Made by a program: the position numbers and the translations under genes. Below the pieces are notes generated by a model, which made no database searches, was not told the origin of the DNA, and worked only from the letters and a program-made list of their open reading frames with translations. A stretch of 12,410 nt of DNA, taken from positions 1 to 12,410 of the forward strand of contig JBJCIZ010001382.1 in the NCBI GenBank assembly GCA_051294375.1, written 5' to 3'. The stretch's first letter is position 1; the number at the start of each line of letters is the position of its first letter. Below, in pieces: positions 1 through 8,621 of the stretch. The DNA is from Paraspadella gotoi. Taxonomy: Eukaryota; Animalia; Chaetognatha.

Positions 1-332
1 CTTTAAATTTATATATATTTGCTGAGTTTGTGATAAATGTCTTGTTATTCCTTGCCCAGGACTTCTAACTACCTCTTCTTCAACTTCAAGCAACAGACTT
101 ACTACAGACATTTCGTCAAGTCCTGGGCTTCGTAGATCGTCGTCCTTTCGGCCTTAGCCGACGTCATCTACTGAGACTCTGTCGTCGTCATCTCCAGGGC
201 GTTTTGACCGGCGCCATCGTCTCTTCTGCGCCATTTTATACCCGATTCTATCTGGTCTTCAATGCGCAGAATTAGTCCAGTCAGTTAGAATTCAAAGACA
301 GCCACTTCTCCGAACTTAGTTTCATTACATAC

Positions 333-470
333 ATTAAAAACCGTCATTTCCGACAAGAAAGATAAAATGATACAAAAAAATGGTCATCACCATCGAATTC
401 TACAGACTACATTACACTAAAATAGCTATGTACCTCAGTTGATTTGTCATATTTTGTTATTTTTCAACGC
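333..470 (+). repeat. Solo diverged copy of the terminal inverted-repeat sequence of the piggyBac-like relic
   Basis: TCATCACCATCGAATTCTACAGAC..ATTACACTAAAATAGCTATGTA...TCATATTTTGTTATTTTTCAA aligns with 12244-12328 (TCATCACCATTGAATTCTACAGACATGATTACAGTAAAATCGCGATGTA...TCATATTGTTACTTTTAAA) and with the reverse complement of 9342-9430. Confidence 0.7.
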
Positions 471-1061
471 TCTATTGTATAGTAGTGTGGAGTGATGAAA
501 AGATTAAGCGAGTTAACAATATTTTTTGCTGCTTTTGTATATGTAATTAAAAAAAATCATGCATTTTTTTAAAAAATTACCCTCACAGTATAGCAAATTG
601 TATTTTCTTTATAGTAATATCCTTATAAATTTCTAAAATTTAAAATTGATTTTTTACAAGTTTTAATAACAGATTCGGATTTGTCAGAAAAAAATAACAA
701 ACTTTTATAAAATATGTTATATATTTTAATGTTAAAGCTGCGAAAAACGACAAAAACGGTTTCTCATATAATACAGTGTGTTCCAATGGTACTGTCTGTT
801 AAGAAAAGCTTTCTTCTCCTTTACCAGATGTTTTTACCAGTATGGACCCTTTTTTAGGATACCTAAATTTTAAAAATTGATCAAAGCAAACTGCTGTAGT
901 TATTACATAAAGCAATTGGTAAAAATATATTCCAGTGATTTTTTTAAAAAAAATTTAAATGATATATTTTTTATTATTTTTCAAATATTTTTTATAATAT
1001 TGATTAATTAGACAAAATAACAATTTTTTAGTTTTTCACAATCAATTTTTATTTTTATAGT

Positions 1062-1104
1062 AGCAGACATGTTTCGAACGTGCATTTTGTTCTTCATCAG
1101 TGCT
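1062..1104 (-). ncRNA. Minimal type I hammerhead ribozyme (Penelope pLTR type), core intact
   Basis: Minus strand reads AGCA-CUGAUGA-A-GAAC(aaaaugcac)GUUC-GAAAC-AU-GUC^UGCU. It has a 4-bp stem I, the full core, a 4-bp stem II, a palindromic ACAUGU stem III and a GUC triplet (predicted cut between 1066 and 1065). AAUAAA follows shortly downstream. Confidence 0.88.
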
Positions 1105-1199
1105 TTAACTGAATTACAAATATTTGGTAGTTTATCTTATCTCTTATATTTCATCCTTTTTTCTCTTTAACTTAACTATCCCTAACAAATGTAATTTTT

Positions 1200-1325
1200 C
1201 TCATTTCACATTTCAAATTCTATATTTAATTTAATTTATTATTTAGCTAATTGTTATTTCCACTTTAACATTTTATATCTTTGTTGTAAATTGCACAAAT
1301 GTATCATATTACCTCTCTCTCACTC
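1200..1325 (+). mobile_element. Penelope-like pseudo-LTR fragment
   Basis: TCTTTGTTGTAAATTGCACAAATGTATCATATTA (~1278-1311) matches ~2556-2590 and the reverse complement of ~7945-7973. TTCACATTTCA and TTAGCTAAT are also shared with 2465-2495. Confidence 0.6.
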
Positions 1326-1330
1326 TCTCT

Positions 1331-1580
1331 AAAAACACCTATTTTTAAACCTTTTCTAAAAACTGCCAAATAACGCGAATTTTCAACTCAAATTTGTAAT
1401 ATATTAGAATTAGGTAGTATTTATGCCTGAAAAAATCAAAGATCTTAGTAAATAATTTTTACCAATTTTATACAGATTAATAGTGAGACGTCCTAAAGAA
1501 ATCAGTTAATTTAAATTTTGCTGAGATTGTCAAGTTTCCTCGTATTTTTTTTCTATCTCTCCTGTTTATTTCTCTTTAAC
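1331..1580 (+). repeat. Unclassified AT-rich interspersed repeat, copy 1
   Basis: Colinear over ~250 bp with the reverse complement of 5050-5303 (e.g. TTTTAAACCTTTTCTAAAAACTG, AACTCAAATTTGTAA, TATATTAGAATT, CTGAAAAA, TATACAGATT, TTTGCTGA). Confidence 0.75.
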
Positions 1581-1761
1581 CTATCCCTTTCTTTCTCATT
1601 CCCTCTTCTCTCTCCTCTCACTTCTCCTATCTTTTCTCTCTCTATGATTCTCTCTCTCTTTTCTCTGCCAACTTTTTTTTCTGTCAGTTAACGACCTGTG
1701 AGAGACTGTTATGATAGGCTGAATTTATTATTCTTCCTTGTAAATTGTTTACCATCTGTAC

Positions 1762-1935
1762 AGGGCCATCGTGTTTCAGGAGTCAGACTGTCTCGTGCTT
1801 GTCCCAGGACCGAAAACTGGTTTTCAAGAGGTATGAGAGGAAGCAATTTACATCAAAGCTCTCGACCCTCTTTGAACCTTTGATGGAGACGATTCGACCT
1901 CCCTCCAAGGCTATGATACGCTTCATCAAAAGCAT
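1762..1935 (+). pseudogene. Frameshifted C-terminus of Penelope-like GIY-YIG endonuclease
   Basis: Across frameshifts it reads GHRV...ENWFSRGMR/EAIYIKAL(1840-1863)/RPSLNL(PSLN 1866-1877)/DG/RFDLPP/YDTL. This matches the PLE motif H.F....IL..E..WF.RG.KEAIYI....PSLN..GG. Confidence 0.85.
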
Positions 1936-2811
1936 GGGGAGCCCGCCGCCCACCACGCCCGCACAATGATTCCCCATATTCTATACTCAACGAGACAAGG
2001 CGGGACCCTTGCGCAGGCAATGGGACAAACGGATTCCACGTCCCTCAAATGAAGCAACTCACCCCTCCCTTGTGACTGAGCGTCGCCCAAAAACGGACAG
2101 CTTCAGGAGGAGGAGAGGAGTCCGTCACTACTTGTCGCCAAAGCCGGCAAGAACGACAAGCCCCCGCGCTCCCAACAGGCGGGAAAACAGGCAGTCGCAG
2201 GCGAATCAGGCCAACGAGAGATATAAGAGTGTCCTGGTGATCTTTCCTTTCCTGGTACAATCCCCAATGCGCATTTACTGTTCAATTCCCACTCTCCTCT
2301 CAACCATTGAGCCCCAATGACCCGTCACCTTCGTCAATGTCCTTCATTTGCATAACCAAGGGGCCAGCTCAATTTGAGCCTTCTAATCCTTGAATTTCAC
2401 TTTCCTAAATCACCCCGGCTTATTATCATTGAATTACTTAAAACAACTTTCTTTTACATTCAAATTCACATTTCACTTTCTATCCCTTAGCTAATCACAT
2501 ATATTCTTTATTAATTGTAAATTCACAACCAGTAGTTTTTCAGAATTATTATTATTCTCTGTTGTACATTGCACAATGTATCTTATATTATTTATCCCTG
2601 TTGTTTCTCTCTCCTCTCACTGTTCTCTCTCTCTCTAACTTGAGTTTCACTTCTTTTTCACAATCTCAACCAATCTGTCCTCACCTTTTCATCCTGTCCT
2701 CACATTTCTGTACCACTAAGCTCTGTCTCACCAGCTTGTGTTGGAAAACTACCCTCTCTCTCTCATACTCTTCTTCTGCACAAAAAATTTTCAATTATTT
2801 CAAAAATTGTT

Positions 2812-2862
2812 ATAAGCGCGATGAAGGCTTGAAACACACAAGGCCTAAACATGCCGTATTTG
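2812..2862 (+). ncRNA. Degenerate (probably inactive) pLTR hammerhead ribozyme
   Basis: C-GAUGA-A-GGCUU(gaaacacac)AAG(G)CC-UAAAC-AU-GCC. The core has lost U in CUGA, GAAA is UAAA and GUC is GCC. It is positionally homologous to the hammerhead at 7672-7721(-). Confidence 0.65.
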
Positions 2863-3031
2863 AATAAATAAAAACTTTCATTGCACAATTAAAAAAACTT
2901 TGATTTCTCTTAAGATTTTTACCATTAATTTTCATTATTTTCGATGGCGTTGTGATCCCAAAATATTAGGACATCCTTTTCCCCGTATTTTAAATAGGTT
3001 TTTTAGAAAAGAGAATCAGCATCTAAAGATC

Positions 3032-3277
3032 TGCATACTGAAGAGACAGCGATAATTTTATGTGTTACTGACAGAAACCGTTCAATATAAGCAAAGTTCC
3101 TTAAGCTGTCGATCAGGCTGTAACACCATGTTACAGGCGGGTAAGCGCCCCATCTCTCTTAACTGCTAGGGCACCACTGTGCATTTGAACCCCTGACCTT
3201 TGGGTTGGAGGCGAATGAACTTGCCTCCGGCACAATGGTCCTGAATGAACTGTGCTGGATTTGTAGCCGACCATAAT
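3032..3277 (-). mobile_element. tRNA-derived SINE-like repeat, copy A
   Basis: Colinear with 8622-8853. The minus strand has a tRNA-like head (3240 to 3172), then GGCGcttaccCGCC and CTGTAACAtggTGTTACAG hairpins. Confidence 0.75.
3172..3240 (-). pseudogene. tRNA-like head of the SINE (Pol III A/B boxes), not a functional tRNA
   Basis: GACCATT..AGTGGTG acceptor stem, A-box-like TGTGCCGGAGG, CTCCAAC anticodon-type loop (CCA), AGGTC variable loop and B-box GGTTCAAATGC at 3191-3181. The D, anticodon and T stems are broken and the parent tRNA is uncertain. Confidence 0.7.
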
Positions 3278-3450
3278 ACAAAAAGCTAATTCTGCTGATA
3301 AATCACGATAATTCTTTCTGACTTTCCAATTTGTGATCTAAAACAGATCATAACAATCATAACAAATGCAGACAGACTTTTTTATAAATTTATGAGAATA
3401 GCTATATATCAGATTGATCAATCACATACCAGTTGTTGCGCCAATACCAA

Positions 3451-3698
3451 ACTTCGCATAATTTGGTCAACTTGTCCTTAAGTTGTTCAATATAGAAAAT
3501 TTATTCAACTGGCATAATGTAGTCTAGTTAATGCATAATTGGGTCAACTTGCAAATTGGTCAACTGTGCTATAATTTGGCAACTTGCATAATTTGTAAAC
3601 TTGCAGAATTGGTCAACTTGCATAATTCGTCAACTTGCATAATTTGGTCAACTTGCATAATCTGTAAACTTGGATAATTTGTAACTTGCATAATTCGC
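3451..3698. repeat. Minisatellite, ~14 units of 16-21 bp, consensus AACTTGCATAATTTGGTC
   Basis: Directly visible head-to-tail units with no spacers. Units at 3581-3698 are closest to consensus and the left units are more decayed. Confidence 0.93.
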
Positions 3699-4105
3699 GA
3701 TAGTTTGTCTGGAAAAGTCCGCAAAGTCAAGACAGCCATCTTTCCAAACTTCAATACACAGACTTACATGAAATATGCTACATATATAACTTTGTGATTC
3801 TATGACCGTCAGTTTGCCGTGACGACACATTGTACACCAAGTATGGAAAAAACATGCACAAGAAGCATAGTAAATAGTTATGTCTACCAGTTTGCCAAGT
3901 GATTAAACTTAAAAACTTCTTAGCCCTTTATCATGACACATTCTATTGTTTTTTGTATTCGGCCAACTAAAAAAAAATCTCTAACTATGCATTTAAAAGA
4001 GATAAGAAAATGACAAATTGTGTCAGCCTAAATAACAGTTAGTACAAATAGATATTTTTATTTTATTTTGCTGCCGGCCCGCTTATTTACCAGCTAAATC
4101 TAAGC

Positions 4106-4912
4106 GGCTCTGCTCATGTGTCTTTTCTTCGATTGCTTATAAGCAGATCCACTCTATAATTTCACTTTGTCGTCCGTCGTCCGCCCTCTCAAATTCGTGT
4201 CGGCATTCACTTGTATCATGTCAGAACATTGAATTATGAATAAATTTATGGAAAAAAAACGCATTTTGTTCCGCCGGTCTGCTGTCAGTCCGTCCCACCT
4301 TAGCAAAAAACTCTAATTCTCTATTGGAGTTGATGGATTGGAAAAAATTTTGTGTGGGAGGAAGGTGTGATTAAGCTGGATAAGAATTTCCATGAATCTG
4401 CGATTGGAAATGAGTTAAATGGAAAAAACCAAAAAAATAATCACGTTTAACATCTATTTACTCATAATGACTGGAGCGAGTGACTTGAAATTTTTATGCT
4501 GGGTAAGAAAGTGTGTATTAACTGGAAATCAGTTCGGTGGAATCTGTTCATGAAATAGTTTAAATTAGAAAAACAAAAAACCTGTTTCATAATTGATTAT
4601 GCTTCTTTTCTTTTATTATTAAATGTAGAAATGCAAGATGATTAATTAAATTCAAAATAATTAATCCAGTTAATTAATCAATTAGTTAATTAATTATTAA
4701 ATAATTAATAATCAATCATTTATCAATCAATTAAATTCATTTAGTTATCTATTAATTAATTATCAAAAATCAATTTATTATAAATGAATTAATTATTTAA
4801 TCAATCAATAAATTAATTATTAATAAATATTATTTTAGTTATATAGTTTGTATTAATAATTAAATACCGCTAATATCGTGGCCAGATCCAACATTGTTTG
4901 CTCAAACTTGTT
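4106..4912 (+). mobile_element. Non-autonomous Helentron/DINE-1-like element (HINE)
   Basis: 5' inverted pair GGCTCTGCTCA (4106-4116)/TAAGCAGATCC (4140-4150), GTCGTCCGTCGTCCG microsatellite (4169-4183), and an internal AT-rich ATTA/ATCA tract. The 3' end has a CAGATCC sub-TIR then ATTGTTTGCTCAAACTTGTT, and the same end recurs at 7175-7245(-) and 8111-8138(+). Confidence 0.65.
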
Positions 4913-5049
4913 CAGATTGGACTATCACTGATCTTACTATACCGCCCACACATTCCGGCCAATTTGTTATTGAAACCACATCATAAATCATACCTCGATA
5001 AAATCACACCTTTCTCATTTTTTAAAGAGAGGAGAGAATGAAGAAAGAA

Positions 5050-5303
5050 AGGAGAGAATAAAAGAAGAAATAAACAAAATATAAAAAAAAATTACGAAAA
5101 CCGAGACAACATTCAGCAAATATAAAATTTAGCAGAATTTTTAATTCATGCTATTTGAAATCTGTATAATGGTAAAATATTACTACGTCTTTATTTTTCA
5201 GCAATAAAATACTACTGAATTCTAATATACCTTACAAAATTTGAGTTTGGAAAAATTCGCTTTATGGCCAGTTTTTAGAAAGGTTTAAAAAATAAGTGGT
5301 TTG
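5050..5303 (-). repeat. Unclassified AT-rich interspersed repeat, copy 2
   Basis: Its reverse complement aligns with 1331-1580. Confidence 0.75.
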
Positions 5304-5934
5304 ACCATTTTTAGGCTTTTTGGGTCTGTATTTTCTTTCATGGGTTATCCAAATTTAAAAAAATTATATATTTGGTAATCAGTAATATTTCACCAAATAT
5401 TTGCATAAAAATTTTTTTTTTAAAAAAAAATATTATTTATCAAAAATGAATTGTAGTAAAACATTAAAAATCACTAATTAGTTAGTAATAAAAAAAAATT
5501 ATAATTTGATTACAGGAATAAGATGCCTACAATCAACTATAATCATAATAAAATGTAACTAATAAATAAAAAAATAAATAATAAAGCTAATTATTATAAT
5601 TAGCAACTATGCATATAATTTATTAAAAATTTTTTTTTTTATTCAGTCTAACCAGCTTACCATAGACCAAGTAATGTATAGATTAATTTTTAATGAAGGA
5701 AAAAAAAAATATCGTTGAGAGTATTTTGAGCACAGTTATGCAAAATTAAATTTTGTTTAAAAATATGCTGCAAAACCAAAGACTTCAAAATTTTTTTTGA
5801 AATAAGAATGGGAAAGACCATACCGAGTGTCCATCCGCACACATTGCCATATCAAGTCATTCGGCATTCATATTATAGAAGATATAGTTTCCCTGGACTT
5901 ATGAAGGAAAAGCCAAGACCGGTACTTAAGTAAA

Positions 5935-6426
5935 ATACGAGTGAAATATAAGAATTAAAGAAGAAAAAGAGCTCAAAAGAGCTGGGCCCCACCGTCTTAT
6001 GAAGGAGAGGTATTTGCTGACGGCCGGTCATTGGCCGTCATGGTTGAGAGGATAATGGGATTGATCTCATGTTGGCGGCTCAGGTATTGTTCCCTGAGGA
6101 AACAAAACCCAAGGCCCAACCCTTATATCCCTCTGCCTGATGCCCTGCCGGCGGCCCTCATCTCACCTGACTTGAGGCAGTTCGGTATCCACTCTTCCAC
6201 TTTAGTGACTGGATGGTGGAATCCTCTTCATCTTGCTGTAGCCGTCTTTTGGACGACGCCCAGTAGAACTCAGAGAAAGAGGCTGAGTTGCTGCGGGAGA
6301 TTCGGAGATGTCATGTGGGCCCATCGTTTAACCGAAGGTCTCCGCCTTACCCTTAGTAGGATAGGTTCATGTCGGTTTGTGTGTGGGTTTCCACCACTGC
6401 TCTTATAAGCGAATCATAGTTTGGAG
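5935..6426 (-). mobile_element. Penelope-like element, second copy, 3' part (end of ORF plus GC-rich 3' region)
   Basis: The reverse complement is colinear with ~1903-2400: CTCCAA..CTATGAT.CGCTT, AGCAACTCA, ACTG.GCGTCG.CCAAAA, GATATAAG, TCCTCTCAACCAT, CCAATGACC, CCAGCTC..TTTGAGC. Confidence 0.85.
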
Positions 6427-7174
6427 CAGAGATTGACCGACGATCCGGAAATGCGTAAGCGAACACTGTGGAAAGCGCCGATTTTGAAGAACCCGAAACC
6501 GGAGCATAGAAAAATTAGAATAAAGGATGAACCCGAAGCTATAAGAACCCGCTGCGTGTCGCTCCTGGTCATTTGTTTTATTGGTTAGAAATGAAAAGGT
6601 ATTCAATGTATTAAAATCTTTGCAACCCCCTGCCCTTTCTTGGAATTTCTTTTAAAAATTTGTTATATTATTTTCAACGATTTAAAATTGTTTGCCCTAA
6701 TTTCTTTATCATTTTCTTATTCTCTTCTTCTATTTTTCTTATTCTCTTTTCCTCTTGTTCGAGAATCTATGAAAAAATACATATTATTTTTTTAATTATC
6801 TTTAATATACCAAATAAAATCTGAGCTGAAAAATTTTTTTTCTATATGAAAAAAACTGTAATTAAGTTAAATAAAATTTAAATTAAAACTTTTTAATTCT
6901 ATTAAAACTAAAATTTATTCTTATATTTATATTTTTATTAAATTTAAGTCTTTTTTTTAAATGATTATAACGGTTTTCATGTTACAAACAAATTTTAAAC
7001 AAAAGATTGGATCTGTTTTATTGCAATATTGATGAATATTATGCTTATTACATACTTAATATCTCTAACACACTCTCTCTCTCTATCTTCTTTCTTCTTT
7101 TCCCCTCTTGCACTGAACAAAAAAGCAAATAAAAAAAAATATATTTTAAAATAAATTAAAGCAAAATTATAATA

Positions 7175-7245
7175 AACAAGTTTGAGCAAACAATTGCCGA
7201 TCTGCCCACAATCATTTAGCGTAAATAATTGATTACATTAATTGA
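7175..7245 (-). mobile_element. HINE 3' terminus, second copy
   Basis: Reverse complement TACGCTAAATGATTGTGGGCAGATCGGCAATTGTTTGCTCAAACTTGTT versus 4865-4912 TACCGCTAATATCGTGGCCAGATCCAACATTGTTTGCTCAAACTTGTT. Confidence 0.72.
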
Positions 7246-7639
7246 AAAAAAATAAAATATTAATTAGGGGATTACATATTAATTAATTAAAATAATAACA
7301 TTGAACTGGGAGCTCAAATGATTTGAACAAAGACACAACGGCGATGAATTACAAATGACGAAAAAGACGACGAAGTCTTTGTACTTTAAGGCCGTAGTAC
7401 AAGTAGTGGTCAATAAGATGAGCCTGTTTTTACCTAAATCATTGTTAGGCTGACCTTGTCTCAGCCAATGGTAATACTAGTTGTGTCTTTTATTATTTTT
7501 ATCAGTTTTTACTTTTTATACTGTTTTTGATAATACCAGGTTTTTTTATCACAAAAAACACGCCTCAAAATTATTTATAAATTTTGTATTGAAGTCCACC
7601 GCAAAGCATTATAAAAATATTTCAATTAATTAATTTAGA

Positions 7640-7980
7640 GAAAATTTGAATTGTAACAACGATTTTAATTAATATTGGACAGTTTCGGCTTGTTTTACTT
7701 CAAAGCCTTCATTCAGCATATGACATTCAATAATAAATTTGTGCAAAAAGAAGAGAAGAGAGAAGAGAGAGAGGTAAAAGTTTTTCCAACAAAGTGGTGA
7801 AGACAGAATAGTGTCAGATGTGAGGACAGTTGAAGGTAAGGCAATTGAGTGAGTGTGAAAAGAAAGTGAAACTGTTAAGAGAGAGAGAGAGGAGAGACGA
7901 GAAGAGAGAGAGAAACAAAACAACAGGAATAAATAAATAATTAAAAGATCATTTTTGCAATGTACAACAAAGATAAAGAT
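7640..7980 (-). mobile_element. Penelope-like pseudo-LTR (solo)
   Basis: The reverse complement is colinear with 2556-2890 (TGTTGTACATTGCA, CTGTCCTCACAT, TGTTGGAAAA, TGCACAAA, ATGAAGGCTT). Confidence 0.85.
7672..7721 (-). ncRNA. Minimal type I hammerhead ribozyme, near-intact
   Basis: AUAUG-CUGAAUGA-A-GGCUU(ugaaguaaaac)AAGCC-GAAAC-U-GUC^CAAUAU. It has a 5-bp stem II and intact GAAAC and GUC, but one extra nt in CUGANGA and a bulged stem I. Confidence 0.75.
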
Positions 7981-8339
7981 TAATTAATTGAAAAATTAAT
8001 GATGGCAACCGACGACATGTTATACCGACGATGACAATGATTGATTGCTTAATTTTTGATTGATTTGATTTGAATATTGATTAATTGATTGAATAATAAT
8101 TAATCTGATTCAGTTCTGCATGTTAGCTCAAACTTGTTTGTTTTTTGTTCTTTTAATTATACAAAAGAAATGACTACCCTGATAATTATCTATGATTGAC
8201 AACAAGGATAGCCACCATTTTGATTAATTGATCAAATAAAAAATTCATATCAGGCCTGTTAATTTTTTTTAGGTCTTTTGTCAGGTCACGACCCGACAAA
8301 TACCAACAACGACGTTGGAGATGACAATGATAACACTGA

Positions 8340-8621
8340 CATTGTTAATTGATATGAATTAATTATAATTAATGTTCTATTTTAATAATTTATTTGATAA
8401 ATAAATTTATTAATTAGTATTGATAATTAATTGATTATTTAATTGATTGAATGATAAAAAATTGATCATAATTTTTTAAATGATTTTGATTGATTAGTTT
8501 TAGTGATTGAATGATTGCATTAAATTGAATTGATTAAAATTGAATATATTAATGCAGCTTGTATTTATATTAAATTAAAAAGAAAAAAACAAATAGGGAA
8601 AAAGCTTTTGTTTTTTTTTTT
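8340..8621 (-). repeat. Internal AT-rich portion of the HINE family
   Basis: Reverse complement TTTCTTTTTTAATTTAATATAAATACAAGCTGCATTAATATATTCAA resembles 4607-4655 and is followed by the same ATCA/ATTA tract. Low complexity limits certainty. Confidence 0.55.

Larger units (their letters stand above)
1750..2890 (+). mobile_element. 5'-truncated Penelope-like (Poseidon-type) retroelement: GIY-YIG C-terminus, GC-rich 3' region, pseudo-LTR
   Basis: Endonuclease remnant at 1762-1935, then a GC-rich tract homologous to 5935-6426(-), then a CT-rich pLTR homologous to 7640-7980(-) ending in a degenerate hammerhead and AATAAA (2863-2868). Confidence 0.85.

Noticed and set aside
100-140. Minus-strand CT-ACGAAG...GAAATGTC resembling a hammerhead
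   Set aside because: The core lacks the G of CUGA, stem II has multiple mismatches and stem I does not form.
772-790. TA-CAGTGTGTTCC Tc1/mariner-like terminus
   Set aside because: No matching inverted end was found in the window.
3172-3240. Functional tRNA-Trp(CCA) gene
   Set aside because: The D, anticodon and T stems do not pair, the second copy reads CTCCCAAC, and it is embedded in a longer repeat.
3451-3698. CRISPR array, or a QIMQVD-repeat protein (ORF 3569-3754, minus)
   Set aside because: Units are contiguous with no unique spacers and there are no cas genes. The ORF is a by-product of the 18-bp period.
6031-6408. 125-aa ORF (+), and other ORF-track entries such as 2562-2867, 6995-7189, 7669-7923, 8641-8889 and 9064-9348, as real genes
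   Set aside because: They are antisense to or inside TE remnants or CT/GA microsatellite tracts, many use non-ATG starts, they have no recognisable domain, and where a homologous copy exists the frame is not conserved.
6419-6435. 17-bp TSD (6419-6435 versus 9151-9167) suggesting a non-LTR insertion
   Set aside because: It is better explained as an 8-bp TSD plus a CAGAGAT TIR that happens to resemble the target, since the same CAGAGAT is inverted at the other end.
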